Shown: positions 8,967 through 18,135, numbered from the stretch's first letter. The stretch: 64,000 nt of DNA from a bacterium (GCA_030693325.1 JAUYAV010000019.1:65324-129323), one strand, 5' to 3'. A program made the numbers and translations. The notes: a model not told the origin generated them from the letters alone.

Positions 8967-10052
8967 ATGCCCAACAATCAAAAAATTAATGTCATTGACC
9001 AATTAACGAAGGCCGACCCGAATCTGATTTCCTTGCTGAAAATCGGCGATTTGATTGAAGGCCAAGTTCTCAAAAAAGAACCGAAAAGGTTGTTTTTGGA
9101 TTTGGGGAAATACGGCACTGGGATCGTTTACGGAGTGGAATTCATCAACGCCAAAAATATCATCAAAAAACTCAATCCCGGTGATCCGGTAAAAGCGAAA
9201 ATTTTAGATTTGGATAATGATTCGGGTTATCTTGAATTGTCCTTGACCGAAGCGGGCAAATATAAAGTTTGGGAGGAATTGGGAGATTTAAAAGATCAAG
9301 ATGAGCCCATAAAAATTAAAGTGACCGGTTTTAACAGCGGCGGTTTAATGACGGAAATGAACGGACTGGCGGCTTTCCTCCCGGTTTCTCAATTAAGCAA
9401 CGAACATTACCCGAGAGTTGAAGACGGCGATAAAAAGAAAATCGCCGAAGAATTGAAAAAAATAGTCGGGCAGGAACTGATGGTGAAAATTATTGATTTT
9501 AATCCGCGCACCGGAAAACTGATAATTTCCGAACGGGAAGTGGTTGACAGACCGTCTAAGGCCTCATTGGAAAAATACGAGGCGGGACAGATAATTGACG
9601 GAATTATTTCCGGCGTGGCTGATTTTGGCGCCTTTGTTAAATTTGCCGATAATCCGGCGATAGAAGGATTGATTCATATTTCCGAATTAGACCACCGTTT
9701 AATTGATAACCCCAAAGAAATTGTTAAGGTTGACGATGCGGTCAAAGCCAAAATTATTGACATTAAAAACGGGAAAATTTTTCTTTCTCTCAAAGCATTG
9801 AAGCCCAATCCCTGGGATTCGGTTGAAGAAAAATATAAAACCGGCCAGGAAGTTATGGGCGTTGTTTCTAAATTTACGCCTTTCGGAGCGTTTATAAATC
9901 TTGATAATGAAATTCACGGCTTGCTTCATGTTTCCGAATTCGGCAGCGTTGAGGAGATGAAAAAGCAATTGGAAATCGGTAAAACTCAAAAATTTGTCAT
10001 CGGTTTGATCAATCCGCAGGAAAAAAGATTGATTCTCAAATTAGTTAAATAA
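8967..10052 (+). CDS. rpsA: 30S ribosomal protein S1 (four S1 domains)
   Basis: Repeated S1 motifs (FGAFV..EGLIHISEL, AFLPVSQL). Confidence 0.9.
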   Translation: MPNNQKINVIDQLTKADPNLISLLKIGDLIEGQVLKKEPKRLFLDLGKYGTGIVYGVEFINAKNIIKKLNPGDPVKAKILDLDNDSGYLELSLTEAGKYKVWEELGDLKDQDEPIKIKVTGFNSGGLMTEMNGLAAFLPVSQLSNEHYPRVEDGDKKKIAEELKKIVGQELMVKIIDFNPRTGKLIISEREVVDRPSKASLEKYEAGQIIDGIISGVADFGAFVKFADNPAIEGLIHISELDHRLIDNPKEIVKVDDAVKAKIIDIKNGKIFLSLKALKPNPWDSVEEKYKTGQEVMGVVSKFTPFGAFINLDNEIHGLLHVSEFGSVEEMKKQLEIGKTQKFVIGLINPQEKRLILKLVK

Positions 10053-10073
10053 GGGCTTAGCAGTTTCATCATA

Positions 10074-11909
10074 ATGAAGGCATTTTCTAAAAATATTTTT
10101 TGGGCGATTATTACTTTAATAGTAATATCGTTGCTTTTTTCTTTATTTGCTCAAACGGCTAAAGCGCCGCAGTTTGTCACTTTAAACGATTTGGCTTCAA
10201 AGATTAACGCCGGCGAGGTGAGTAAAATTTCCGTTAATGAAAATGATCTGGCCGTTGATTTAAAAAACGGAGATAAATTAATTTCCAAAAAAGAAACCGA
10301 ATCCGGGCTTTCTGAAACTTTGAAAAATTTCGGGGTTGACCCGGCGGCTTTGCGCCAGGTGTCCCTGGAAGTTAAAGAGGCCTCCGGTTTCAAATTCTGG
10401 ATTAATCTTTTGGTGCCGATAGTTTTGCCGCTGTTGATTATCGGATTTATTTTTTGGCTGATGTTTAAGCAGGCGAGAAGCGGCGCCAACCAGGTCTTCA
10501 GTTTCGGCCGCGCCAACGTGAAAGTTTTCGCGCCTTTCAAAGACCGGATAACCTTTGAAGATGTCGCCGGATTGAAAGAAGCCAAGCAGGAATTGATGGA
10601 GGTGATTGATTTTTTGAAGAATCCAAAAAAATATTTGGAAATCGGCGCCCGCATTCCCCGCGGAATTTTACTGCTGGGTTTGCCGGGAACGGGTAAAACT
10701 TTAATCGCCCGGGCGACAGCCGGCGAAAGTAATGTGCCTTTTTTTCATATGTCGGCCTCGGAATTCGTGGAAATGTTTGTCGGTGTCGGCGCCAGTCGCG
10801 TCCGCGATCTCTTTTCCATCGCCAAAAAAAGCGCTCCTTGTATTGTTTTTATAGACGAAATTGACGCTGTCGGCCGGGAAAGGGGAGCCGGCTTGGGCGG
10901 CGGTCACGATGAAAGAGAACAGACCCTCAATCAGATATTGGTGGAGATGGACGGGTTTGATCGTGAAACCAACGTTATTATTTTGGCGGCGACCAACCGG
11001 CCCGATATTTTAGACCCGGCCCTGTTGCGGCCCGGCCGTTTTGACCGCCGCGTGATTTTGGATATGCCCGATATCAATGACCGCGAAGCGATTTTAAAAA
11101 TTCACTGCAAGGGAAAATCCTTGGGCAAAGATATTGATTTGAGGCAGGTGGCTATCCGCACCCCGGGTTTTTCCGGAGCGGATTTAGCCAATCTAACCAA
11201 CGAAGCCGCTATTTTGGCCGCCCGCCAGAATAAACATTTTATCAGTCAGGAAGATTTGTTTAATTCCATTGAAAAAGTCATTCTCGGCCCGGAACGCCGC
11301 ACCCGGGCGATTTCCGTGAAAGAAAAAGAATTAATCGCTTATCACGAAGCCGGCCACGCTTTAGTGGCGTCCGGTCTTAAAGACAGCGATCCGGTTCAAA
11401 AGGTTTCAATCATCAGCCGCGGCTTGGCTGGCGGTTATACTTTAAAATTGCCAATAGAGGAAAGAAGAATAGAAACCAAGTCCCAGTTTTTGGCGGAATT
11501 AGCGGTTTTATTCGGCGGTTATCTTTCCGAATCAATTGTTTTCGGCGACATCAGCACCGGCGCTTCCAACGATTTGAAACAAGCCACTGATTTGGCGAAA
11601 AAATTGGTTACCCGCTATGGGATGAGTGAAAAATTAGGGCCGCGGACTTTCGGCAAGACAGAAGAAATGATATTTTTGGGCCGCGAAATCACCACCGAAA
11701 AAGATTACTCGGAGGAATTGGCCAAAAAAATCGACGATGAAGTTGAAGCTTTAATTGAGCGGGCTATCAAAGCCGCCAAAAAAATTCTTTCTTCCCAAAG
11801 GAAAGCCCTGGATGCTATAGCTAAAACTCTGCTCCAAAAAGAAAGCATTGAGCGTGAGGAATTTGACAGGATAATCAAGAGTTTCAAAATCCAGCCCATA
11901 AAAGTATAA
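10074..11909 (+). CDS. ftsH: ATP-dependent zinc metalloprotease FtsH
   Basis: Two TM helices, [22 protein letters not shown]. Confidence 0.97.
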   Translation: MKAFSKNIFWAIITLIVISLLFSLFAQTAKAPQFVTLNDLASKINAGEVSKISVNENDLAVDLKNGDKLISKKETESGLSETLKNFGVDPAALRQVSLEVKEASGFKFWINLLVPIVLPLLIIGFIFWLMFKQARSGANQVFSFGRANVKVFAPFKDRITFEDVAGLKEAKQELMEVIDFLKNPKKYLEIGARIPRGILLLGLPGTGKTLIARATAGESNVPFFHMSASEFVEMFVGVGASRVRDLFSIAKKSAPCIVFIDEIDAVGRERGAGLGGGHDEREQTLNQILVEMDGFDRETNVIILAATNRPDILDPALLRPGRFDRRVILDMPDINDREAILKIHCKGKSLGKDIDLRQVAIRTPGFSGADLANLTNEAAILAARQNKHFISQEDLFNSIEKVILGPERRTRAISVKEKELIAYHEAGHALVASGLKDSDPVQKVSIISRGLAGGYTLKLPIEERRIETKSQFLAELAVLFGGYLSESIVFGDISTGASNDLKQATDLAKKLVTRYGMSEKLGPRTFGKTEEMIFLGREITTEKDYSEELAKKIDDEVEALIERAIKAAKKILSSQRKALDAIAKTLLQKESIEREEFDRIIKSFKIQPIKV

Positions 11910-11910
11910 A

Positions 11911-12843
11911 ATGTCTAAAATCAGAGTTGGTGTTTTGAGAGGCGGCCCTTCGGCCGAGTATGAAATTTCTCTTTTGACCGGTGAAAATGTTTTAAAAAAT
12001 ATTCCTTCGGATAAATACGAAGCCATTGATATTTTAATTTCCAAAAATGGCCAATGGCCGGAAATGCCGGCTGTGGATGTAATTTTTAACGCTCTCCACG
12101 GCGAATATGGCGAAGACGGTCAGGCACAGACAGTTTTAGAAAAAATGGATTTGCCTTATACCGGCTCCGGGATTATTGCTTCGGCTTTGGCGATGGATAA
12201 ATGGGCTTCGCAAAAATTATTCCGCCAAGCCGGATTAAAAACGCCGCCGGCAATAGAGATGGAAAAATTATTTTTAGATTCAATAGTTAAGCCTGAATTT
12301 GATTTACCTTGGGTAGTGAAACCGGCCGGCCGCGGTTCTTCGGTGGGGATTTCTTTGATTAATGACGAAAAAGAATTTCAGCCGGCTTTGGATAAGGCGT
12401 TTCAATACGATGATTTGGTTTTGACGGAGAAATTTATCAGAGGCAAAGAAATTACCTGCGGCATTCTGGAAAATTTTAACGGGGAAAAATATTTTGCCCT
12501 GCCGGTAGTGGAAATTGTTCCGCCGTCTGACAAAACTTTTTTTGATTCTCAATGTAAATATGACGGCACGAGCCAAGAAATTTGCCCCGGCCGGTTTGAT
12601 GAAAAAACCGCTTTGGCGATTCAGGAGGCCGCTATTTCGGCTCATCAGGCGTTGGGTTGCCGCGATTATTCCCGGACTGATATGATTGTAGCTGAAAATG
12701 GCATTTATATTTTAGAAGTTAATACCCTCCCCGGGTTAACCAAGGAATCACTTTTTCCAAAAGCCGCGGCGGCCGCCGGTTGTTCCTTTGACCGATTATT
12801 AGAGCATCTGATAACATTAGCTTTAAAGAGAAAGGATATATAG
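11911..12843 (+). CDS. ddl: D-alanine--D-alanine ligase
   Basis: GGPSAEYEIS, LHGEYGEDG, GSSVG, EVNTLPG. Confidence 0.96.
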   Translation: MSKIRVGVLRGGPSAEYEISLLTGENVLKNIPSDKYEAIDILISKNGQWPEMPAVDVIFNALHGEYGEDGQAQTVLEKMDLPYTGSGIIASALAMDKWASQKLFRQAGLKTPPAIEMEKLFLDSIVKPEFDLPWVVKPAGRGSSVGISLINDEKEFQPALDKAFQYDDLVLTEKFIRGKEITCGILENFNGEKYFALPVVEIVPPSDKTFFDSQCKYDGTSQEICPGRFDEKTALAIQEAAISAHQALGCRDYSRTDMIVAENGIYILEVNTLPGLTKESLFPKAAAAAGCSFDRLLEHLITLALKRKDI

Positions 12844-12924
12844 TTTAGTTGGTTCTTTTAAAATATTGATGTTATAATGAACCAATGAACTACTATATTT
12901 ATATAATAATTACAAGGTTCAATT

Positions 12925-13599
12925 ATGGCACGATTTAAAGATCACGAAAAAGCGCTAAATTTAAGAAGGCAGGGAATGAGTTATAGCCAGATTAAGAAAT
13001 TGCTGAAAGTAAGCAAGGGCACTTTGAGTGTTTGGCTAAGAGATTATCCTCTATCAAAACAAAGGATAAGGGAGCTAAGAGATTGGAATGAACAAAGAAT
13101 TGAAAGGTGCAGAGAAACAAAACAAAGGAAGAAAGAAAAGAGACTTAAGGATGTTTATGAATTACAGGAAAAAATTCTTTTGCCCTTAAAAAGTAAAGAG
13201 ATTTTTATGATGGGTCTAGGTCTTTATTGGGGAGAAGGCACTAAACATAGAGCAGGTTGTCTTTCTGTTTCAAATACCGACCCGTCTATTATTAGATTTT
13301 TTATTTGCTGGCTTAATAAGAGTTTAAATGTTTCTAGAAATAAAATGAAAGTAGCTCTGCAATTATATAGCGATATGAATATTGATAAAGAGATGCGGTA
13401 TTGGTCAGAAACTTTAAAAATTCCCCTTCCTCAATTCGTAAAGCCGTATATTAAAAAAACTTCCAGTAAAAATATAAATCATAAAGGGGGCTTTGGACAC
13501 GGAACTTGTAATTTAAGGACAAATAACACTTCACTTTCCGAGAAAATTATTATGGGATTGAAAGTAATTTCGGATAAATATGGTCAAAGGGGCGTGTAG
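12925..13599 (+). CDS. HTH plus single-motif LAGLIDADG-like protein
   Basis: N-terminal HTH (GMSYSQIKKLLKVSKGTLSVWL); GLGLYWGEG and SNTDP motifs; AT-rich; stop inside the adjacent tRNA. Confidence 0.6.
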   Translation: MARFKDHEKALNLRRQGMSYSQIKKLLKVSKGTLSVWLRDYPLSKQRIRELRDWNEQRIERCRETKQRKKEKRLKDVYELQEKILLPLKSKEIFMMGLGLYWGEGTKHRAGCLSVSNTDPSIIRFFICWLNKSLNVSRNKMKVALQLYSDMNIDKEMRYWSETLKIPLPQFVKPYIKKTSSKNINHKGGFGHGTCNLRTNNTSLSEKIIMGLKVISDKYGQRGV

Positions 13600-13661
13600 C
13601 TCAGTGGTAGAGCGCTACTCTTATAAAGTAGAAGTCGCAGGTCCGATCCCTGCCACGCCCA
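13590..13661 (+). tRNA. tRNA-Ile(TAT)
   Basis: Acceptor GGGCGTG/CACGCCC, anticodon arm CTACT-CTTATAA-AGTAG; T-loop TCCGATC (C55). Confidence 0.88.
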
Positions 13662-13684
13662 CAAAATTAAAAATTTTTTAGAGG

Positions 13685-13736
13685 TTGACATTAGAAATTC
13701 TTTTGCTAAGATAGGGTCTTTCACGCTCTTTAAAAA
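13685..13736 (+). promoter_or_regulatory. Sigma70-type promoter with boxA-like motif
   Basis: TTGACA-N16-TAAGAT with extended TG; CGCTCTTTAAAAA at 13724-13736. Confidence 0.6.
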
Positions 13737-13849
13737 CATATTGTTCTGCTTTTCGCTTTTAGCAGACGATTAAAATTAGGAAAGGGGGATATACGTTGTA
13801 TCGGGGAAAGCGTTGTTTTAACAATTCTTACAAGAATCGGAGGGGGGAA

Positions 13850-14098
13850 ATGTGTCATCAGCAAACGCTTACTAGGGGAAACAGCTCGGACGTTTCTTGC
13901 GGCCAGCCGGTATTTTTAGCCAAATTGATTCATTCTATCAGTCAGGCGGTAATTTTTGAGGTATGGTATTGCCCCTTGGGTAGAGGTTTGGTTGATTGGA
14001 AAAAAGGCGGGAAATGTACAGTATTAGGAATATATTTTGGAGATTTAGTTCGGGCTTTAGAATTCAGCAAAGATAAAGAATATGAATTTATCCGATGA
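13850..14098 (+). CDS. Small orphan Cys-containing protein
   Basis: ATG after GGAGGGGGG SD (ORF track starts at TTG 13796); own promoter and terminator. Confidence 0.55.
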   Translation: MCHQQTLTRGNSSDVSCGQPVFLAKLIHSISQAVIFEVWYCPLGRGLVDWKKGGKCTVLGIYFGDLVRALEFSKDKEYEFIR

Positions 14099-14125
14099 TT
14101 TCCCAAATAAAAATTTCTAAAAGCG

Positions 14126-14162
14126 AAAATCCCCGTCAGCGAATTTGCTGATGGGGATTTTT
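14126..14162 (+). terminator. Intrinsic terminator
   Basis: AAATCCCCGTCAGC/GCTGATGGGGATTT stem plus T tract. Confidence 0.75.
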
Positions 14163-14189
14163 ATTTAATACATCTGAATTGGTGGGGGA

Positions 14190-14330
14190 GTCGACCCCGT
14201 TAGAAGTCTTGAATAGAAAAAATTTATTAAATTTTTTCTACCTGGCGCCTGCCAGGGCTAATCTCAAACCATTATCAATTTACCTATTTTATAGCACATC
14301 GGCTCAGGGCAGACTTCTAACGGGGTTGAC
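14190..14330. mobile_element. MITE-like element with 20-bp terminal inverted repeats
   Basis: GTCGACCCCGTTAGAAGTCT ... AGACTTCTAACGGGGTTGAC (19/20). Confidence 0.55.
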
Positions 14331-14522
14331 AAATTTAATGATTTTGGCATTATTAATCTATTGTTTTTGTTCTTTAAAATAATTAATAATTTTTCCTCTG
14401 GAATTTGTTTTCTAAACAAGGAAGGTTGGTAAATCAAGAAAGGAGGCAGGTTTGATAAAAAGGAGGTTGCCACGGAATAAGCGCTATACCAATCATCACA
14501 ATAAGCACAAAAAGGGGGGGAT

Positions 14523-14786
14523 ATGTGCAGAAAAATCACAGAGCAAGGTCACTCAATCAGCCAGGCGCATGATTACGGTCCGGCCATCGGGACGGTACAT
14601 TTTTTGAACATCAAGAAAGAACCCGAGATGCTTCAATCATGTTCCGGTTGCGGCTTGATCACCAAGTACAATATGTCTCTGGAGGAGTTGCTGGCCGATT
14701 TTACAAAGCGGGGCATTAAATTTAACTTTGTCCCTAGTAGAAAGGTTAATCTGAAGGTCGTGTCTAAAGAGCTCGTTTTAGCCTAG
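14523..14786 (+). CDS. Small orphan protein with CxxC
   Basis: 87 aa, poly-G SD, CSGC motif, upstream promoter/boxA-like motif and downstream terminator. Confidence 0.6.
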   Translation: MCRKITEQGHSISQAHDYGPAIGTVHFLNIKKEPEMLQSCSGCGLITKYNMSLEELLADFTKRGIKFNFVPSRKVNLKVVSKELVLA

Positions 14787-14814
14787 TCAAAAATAAAAAG
14801 GAGGAAAAAATTTT

Positions 14815-14845
14815 AAAGGCGGATCATCTTTTGACCCGCCTTTTT
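14815..14845. terminator. Intrinsic terminator (bidirectional)
   Basis: AAAGGCGG/CCGCCTTT stem. Confidence 0.7.
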
Positions 14846-14895
14846 ATTATTTGTCTGATTTTTTAATCTAATTTAAACTTTTTAAGTTGTAAGTT

Positions 14896-15834
14896 TTAAT
14901 GGCGCCGGCGAGCGTGGAACGTCTGGTGGATTTCTTTGAGTTCTTTATTGGTTAAATGAGTATAAATCTGAGTAGTGGAAACATTGGCGTGCCCCAGCAG
15001 TTCCTGAACTGAACGCAAATCCGCGCCGTTAATCAGAAGGTCGGTGGCATAAAGATGGCGAATCATATGAGGCGTTACTCTTTCCTGGATTCCGGCTTTG
15101 CGGGCGTAGTAATCAATCAATCTTTGAACCGTCCGCGGGATAATCCGGCCGATGATTTTCGCCTGCCTGCCGGCAGGCAGGGTTCTTTGACGGCCGCTTA
15201 AGCTGATAAATAACGCTTCTTCGGTGTCGGCTTTTTTATCTCTTTTTTCCAGATAATTTTTAATCGCTTTTTTGGCGTCTGGAGAAAGAAAAACAATCCT
15301 CAATTTATCGCCCTTGCCCCTGATAGTGATTTCTCCCCGGTCAAAATTCAGATGACGATTGAGCGAGCAAAGTTCGGACAAACGCAGGCCGGTGGAAAAA
15401 AACATTTCCAAAATCGCTTTGTCCCGAAGGCCGCGCAGATCTATGCCGTCCGTTGATTTTAAAAGCCGTTCCAAATCCGAATAATCAATGATTTCAATTT
15501 GTCTTTGCGGTATTTTCGGCAGTTCAATTTTTTCCGGCGCCAAGACATTAAAATCTCTTTTGATTAAATATTTAAGAAAGTTCCGCAGAGCGATAATGTA
15601 GTAGGCCTGGGTATTTTTTTTAATGGGTTCGTCCCGCGGAGTTTTGGTCCGGGCTAAAACTAAACGGAAATCCCGGACCCGGTCAGCCGTGATGTCTTCT
15701 TCGGTTTTGATGCCGCCGGATTTGATAAAAATTTTGAGATAATGCTCGTAATTCACCCGGGTTTTCGGCGACCGGTTTTTTTCGATTTCCAGATAATTCA
15801 GGTAATCTTCCAAAAGCTTTTCAATAGCGACCAT
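14896..15834 (-). CDS. xerC: XerC/XerD-family tyrosine recombinase
   Basis: SAM-like N-terminus, TGLRLSEL, GKGDK, HMIRH, LLGH, TTQIY; XerC versus XerD not resolvable. Confidence 0.88.
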   Translation of the reverse strand: MVAIEKLLEDYLNYLEIEKNRSPKTRVNYEHYLKIFIKSGGIKTEEDITADRVRDFRLVLARTKTPRDEPIKKNTQAYYIIALRNFLKYLIKRDFNVLAPEKIELPKIPQRQIEIIDYSDLERLLKSTDGIDLRGLRDKAILEMFFSTGLRLSELCSLNRHLNFDRGEITIRGKGDKLRIVFLSPDAKKAIKNYLEKRDKKADTEEALFISLSGRQRTLPAGRQAKIIGRIIPRTVQRLIDYYARKAGIQERVTPHMIRHLYATDLLINGADLRSVQELLGHANVSTTQIYTHLTNKELKEIHQTFHARRRH

Positions 15835-15855
15835 TGCCTAAATTATACTATCAAT

Positions 15856-15944
15856 CTGTCGCAAAATGAAGTTTTTCAAACAGATATACATCTGTCTTAA
15901 AAACTTGCGCTCATTTTGCAACAGCACAGCCGTCGCAAAATGAG
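15856..15944. repeat. Nested inverted-repeat element (MITE-like remnant)
   Basis: CTGTCGCAAAATGA (15856-15869) / TCATTTTGCAACAG (15911-15924), inner stems, third copy at 15932-15944. Confidence 0.6.
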
Positions 15945-15956
15945 CTAATGCGGTAT

Positions 15957-15985
15957 TTGACAAATTTATAGAAGTTTGCTATAAT
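15957..15985 (+). promoter_or_regulatory. Consensus sigma70 promoter
   Basis: TTGACA-N17-TATAAT with extended TG. Confidence 0.8.
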
Positions 15986-16037
15986 TACTTTAATAAAGAG
16001 TTAGTACATTAAAAACAAAATTAATAAGGGAGGAAAT

Positions 16038-16166
16038 ATGAGGGAAAAGACGGCAGTAACATTAGTAGTTCTGGCTGTTCTGTTCGTAGTTTTTCTTTGG
16101 GGAGGGGCTTTTTTGGGATATCGTAAAATCTGTTCCAATTATGCGAAAGCCATTCAGAAACCGTAA
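16038..16166 (+). CDS. 42-aa single-TM peptide (not in ORF track)
   Basis: MREKTAVTLVVLAVLFVVFLWGGAFLGYRKICSNYAKAIQKP after an AAGGGAGG SD. Confidence 0.6.
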   Translation: MREKTAVTLVVLAVLFVVFLWGGAFLGYRKICSNYAKAIQKP

Positions 16167-16195
16167 ACGCATCAATTATAAAAAAGGAGAAAAAA

Positions 16196-16477
16196 ATGAA
16201 AGAGAAATTGATTGCTATATTTGTTATTCTGTCTTTGGTTTTTGCTTTCGGATTTGTTTTAAACAATGCGTTAGGCCATTACGACCCGCCCACGAAAGTT
16301 AAATGGGTGGAATATACGGTATCTAAGGATACGTACTTGTCGCAAGTAGCGGGCGCGTTGAGCAATAAACTCGGAAAACACCCGGGTACGTTAGTGAAGG
16401 TTATGTATGAGAAAAATAATCTAAGCGATTATCATCTCAGCAAAGGAACTACGATTTTTATCCCCATCCCAATTTAA
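16196..16477 (+). CDS. Small exported LysM-like protein
   Basis: Signal/TM helix then YTVSKDTYLSQVA...NNLSDYHLSKGTTIFIP. Confidence 0.65.
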   Translation: MKEKLIAIFVILSLVFAFGFVLNNALGHYDPPTKVKWVEYTVSKDTYLSQVAGALSNKLGKHPGTLVKVMYEKNNLSDYHLSKGTTIFIPIPI

Positions 16478-16500
16478 AATAATTTCCCCCCAGCAGTAAG

Positions 16501-16536
16501 CCGAGGCGAACTTTTATAGTTCTCCTCGGTTTTTTT
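16501..16536 (+). terminator. Intrinsic terminator
   Basis: CCGAGG/CCTCGG stem plus T7. Confidence 0.7.
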
Positions 16537-16544
16537 ATTGGAAT

Positions 16545-16820
16545 TTAAAAAGGCAGATCCTCCGGCTTAATGTCATTTTCCGGAGGTAATGATATTTTTG
16601 AAGTTTTGGTCGTTATTTCTTTATTTACCTCTTTTTGAATTTGCTGAAATTCATTTTCAATTTCAGAAAGACGGGCTTTGCAGTCCTTAACAAGTTTCGC
16701 TCCTTCCTTGACCTTTTCCAGTCCGGCTTCAACGTCAACTTCTTCCTGATGCTCAAACCAGGATACGATTTCGTTCAACTTATTAAGCGATTTTTTTAAA
16801 TTAAATTTTTCGTCAGCCAT
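16545..16820 (-). CDS. xseB: Exodeoxyribonuclease VII small subunit
   Basis: Coiled-coil pattern (LNEIV...EGAKLVKDCKARL), adjacent to xseA. Confidence 0.85.
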   Translation of the reverse strand: MADEKFNLKKSLNKLNEIVSWFEHQEEVDVEAGLEKVKEGAKLVKDCKARLSEIENEFQQIQKEVNKEITTKTSKISLPPENDIKPEDLPF

Positions 16821-16823
16821 AAT

Positions 16824-18089
16824 TTATTTATTCAAATTATTAATTGTTTTAACTTCTGAATCAAAATTGCCGTCTTCTATCCGGACATTGACCATCTGTC
16901 CTTTTTTAATCTGGTCTGTTTTTCTGACTAAATTCCCGTTCATACTGACAATACTATATCCTAATTTCAGCTGTCGCATGGGATTATGAGAAGCTATAAG
17001 TTTTTCGGATGAAGTAATCGCCAGGCCGGTATCCTTAATTAATAATATCATACGCTTGGGAATCGCCCTTGCGTATTCCGCGACATTTTTATTTATTTCC
17101 GAAATTCTCAATTTTATGGAAACAAACAATTGTTTTAAAATTTCTTCCGCTTTATTGAAATTATCAAAAATTATTTGGAAATTTGTTTTTACCACATCAA
17201 AAGATCCGGCTACTTTTAAATTCATGGCTGATAAAATGTTTTGGTAGCAACTGAAAATTTTTTCCTTATTTAATTCCAACCCGGCGATTGCTTCCTGCCA
17301 CGGTTTATTTAACGCCTGGGCCGCCATTGAGGGGGTTGAAACCATTTTATCCGCGGCCAGGCCGATAAGACTTATGTCTTTTTCGTGCCCGACGCCCACA
17401 AGCACGGGAACCGGAAAATTAACGATTTCCCGCACCAGGGTTTCGTTATTAAACGGAAGCAGTGATTCCAAAGAGCCGCCACCGCGGATTAATACAAGCA
17501 CTTCAATATCGCTGTTTTTGAGCGTTTGTACGGCATTAAGTAATTCCGGAACCGCAAGCTGGCCTTCTACGCGGGAATCTACGAATACAATCTTGAAACC
17601 AAACTGGCCAAGGTTCACCTGAAAATCGCCTATGGCCGCGCCGTCTTTTGACGTAATAAGCCCGATTTTTTGCGGCAATAGCGGGAGAGAACGCTTTCTG
17701 TCTTCTTTAAAAATTCCTTCCTTCTCAAGCCGCAACTTGAGTTCGTCATACGCTTTCTTGAGCTGTCCTTCCCCGACCAATTCAATTGTTTGAGTAGTTA
17801 AAGAAAGCCTGCCAAGCGGTTTATAAACACCCGGCGTTCCCGATACGATTATTTCAATTCCGATATCAAGCTTCACCCCGCTGACGGCATAATCGCGCTT
17901 CCACATAAAACAATTAAGGATTGCGGGATGGTCTTTATTCTTATCTTTTATTTTAAAAAATAAATAACTTCTGTCAGGATATATCTGCGCTTCCGTGACT
18001 TCTCCGATTATCCGAGCGTTAAAATTCGCCAGCCCGTCATTTATGGTATCCAGGTAATCATTGACAGATAAATAATTTTTAGTGTTCAT
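16824..18089 (-). CDS. xseA: Exodeoxyribonuclease VII large subunit
   Basis: OB fold, GLITSKDGAAIGD, RGGGSLE, VGHEKD, TPS. Confidence 0.95.
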   Translation of the reverse strand: MNTKNYLSVNDYLDTINDGLANFNARIIGEVTEAQIYPDRSYLFFKIKDKNKDHPAILNCFMWKRDYAVSGVKLDIGIEIIVSGTPGVYKPLGRLSLTTQTIELVGEGQLKKAYDELKLRLEKEGIFKEDRKRSLPLLPQKIGLITSKDGAAIGDFQVNLGQFGFKIVFVDSRVEGQLAVPELLNAVQTLKNSDIEVLVLIRGGGSLESLLPFNNETLVREIVNFPVPVLVGVGHEKDISLIGLAADKMVSTPSMAAQALNKPWQEAIAGLELNKEKIFSCYQNILSAMNLKVAGSFDVVKTNFQIIFDNFNKAEEILKQLFVSIKLRISEINKNVAEYARAIPKRMILLIKDTGLAITSSEKLIASHNPMRQLKLGYSIVSMNGNLVRKTDQIKKGQMVNVRIEDGNFDSEVKTINNLNK

Positions 18090-18135
18090 CTAATAATAAG
18101 CAATTTTGAATCTATTTTTAAACGCCTCGCTTTAA

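Noticed and set aside
14179-14539. ORFs 14179-14382 and 14264-14539
   Set aside because: They run through the inverted-repeat element and promoter region; no coding signature.
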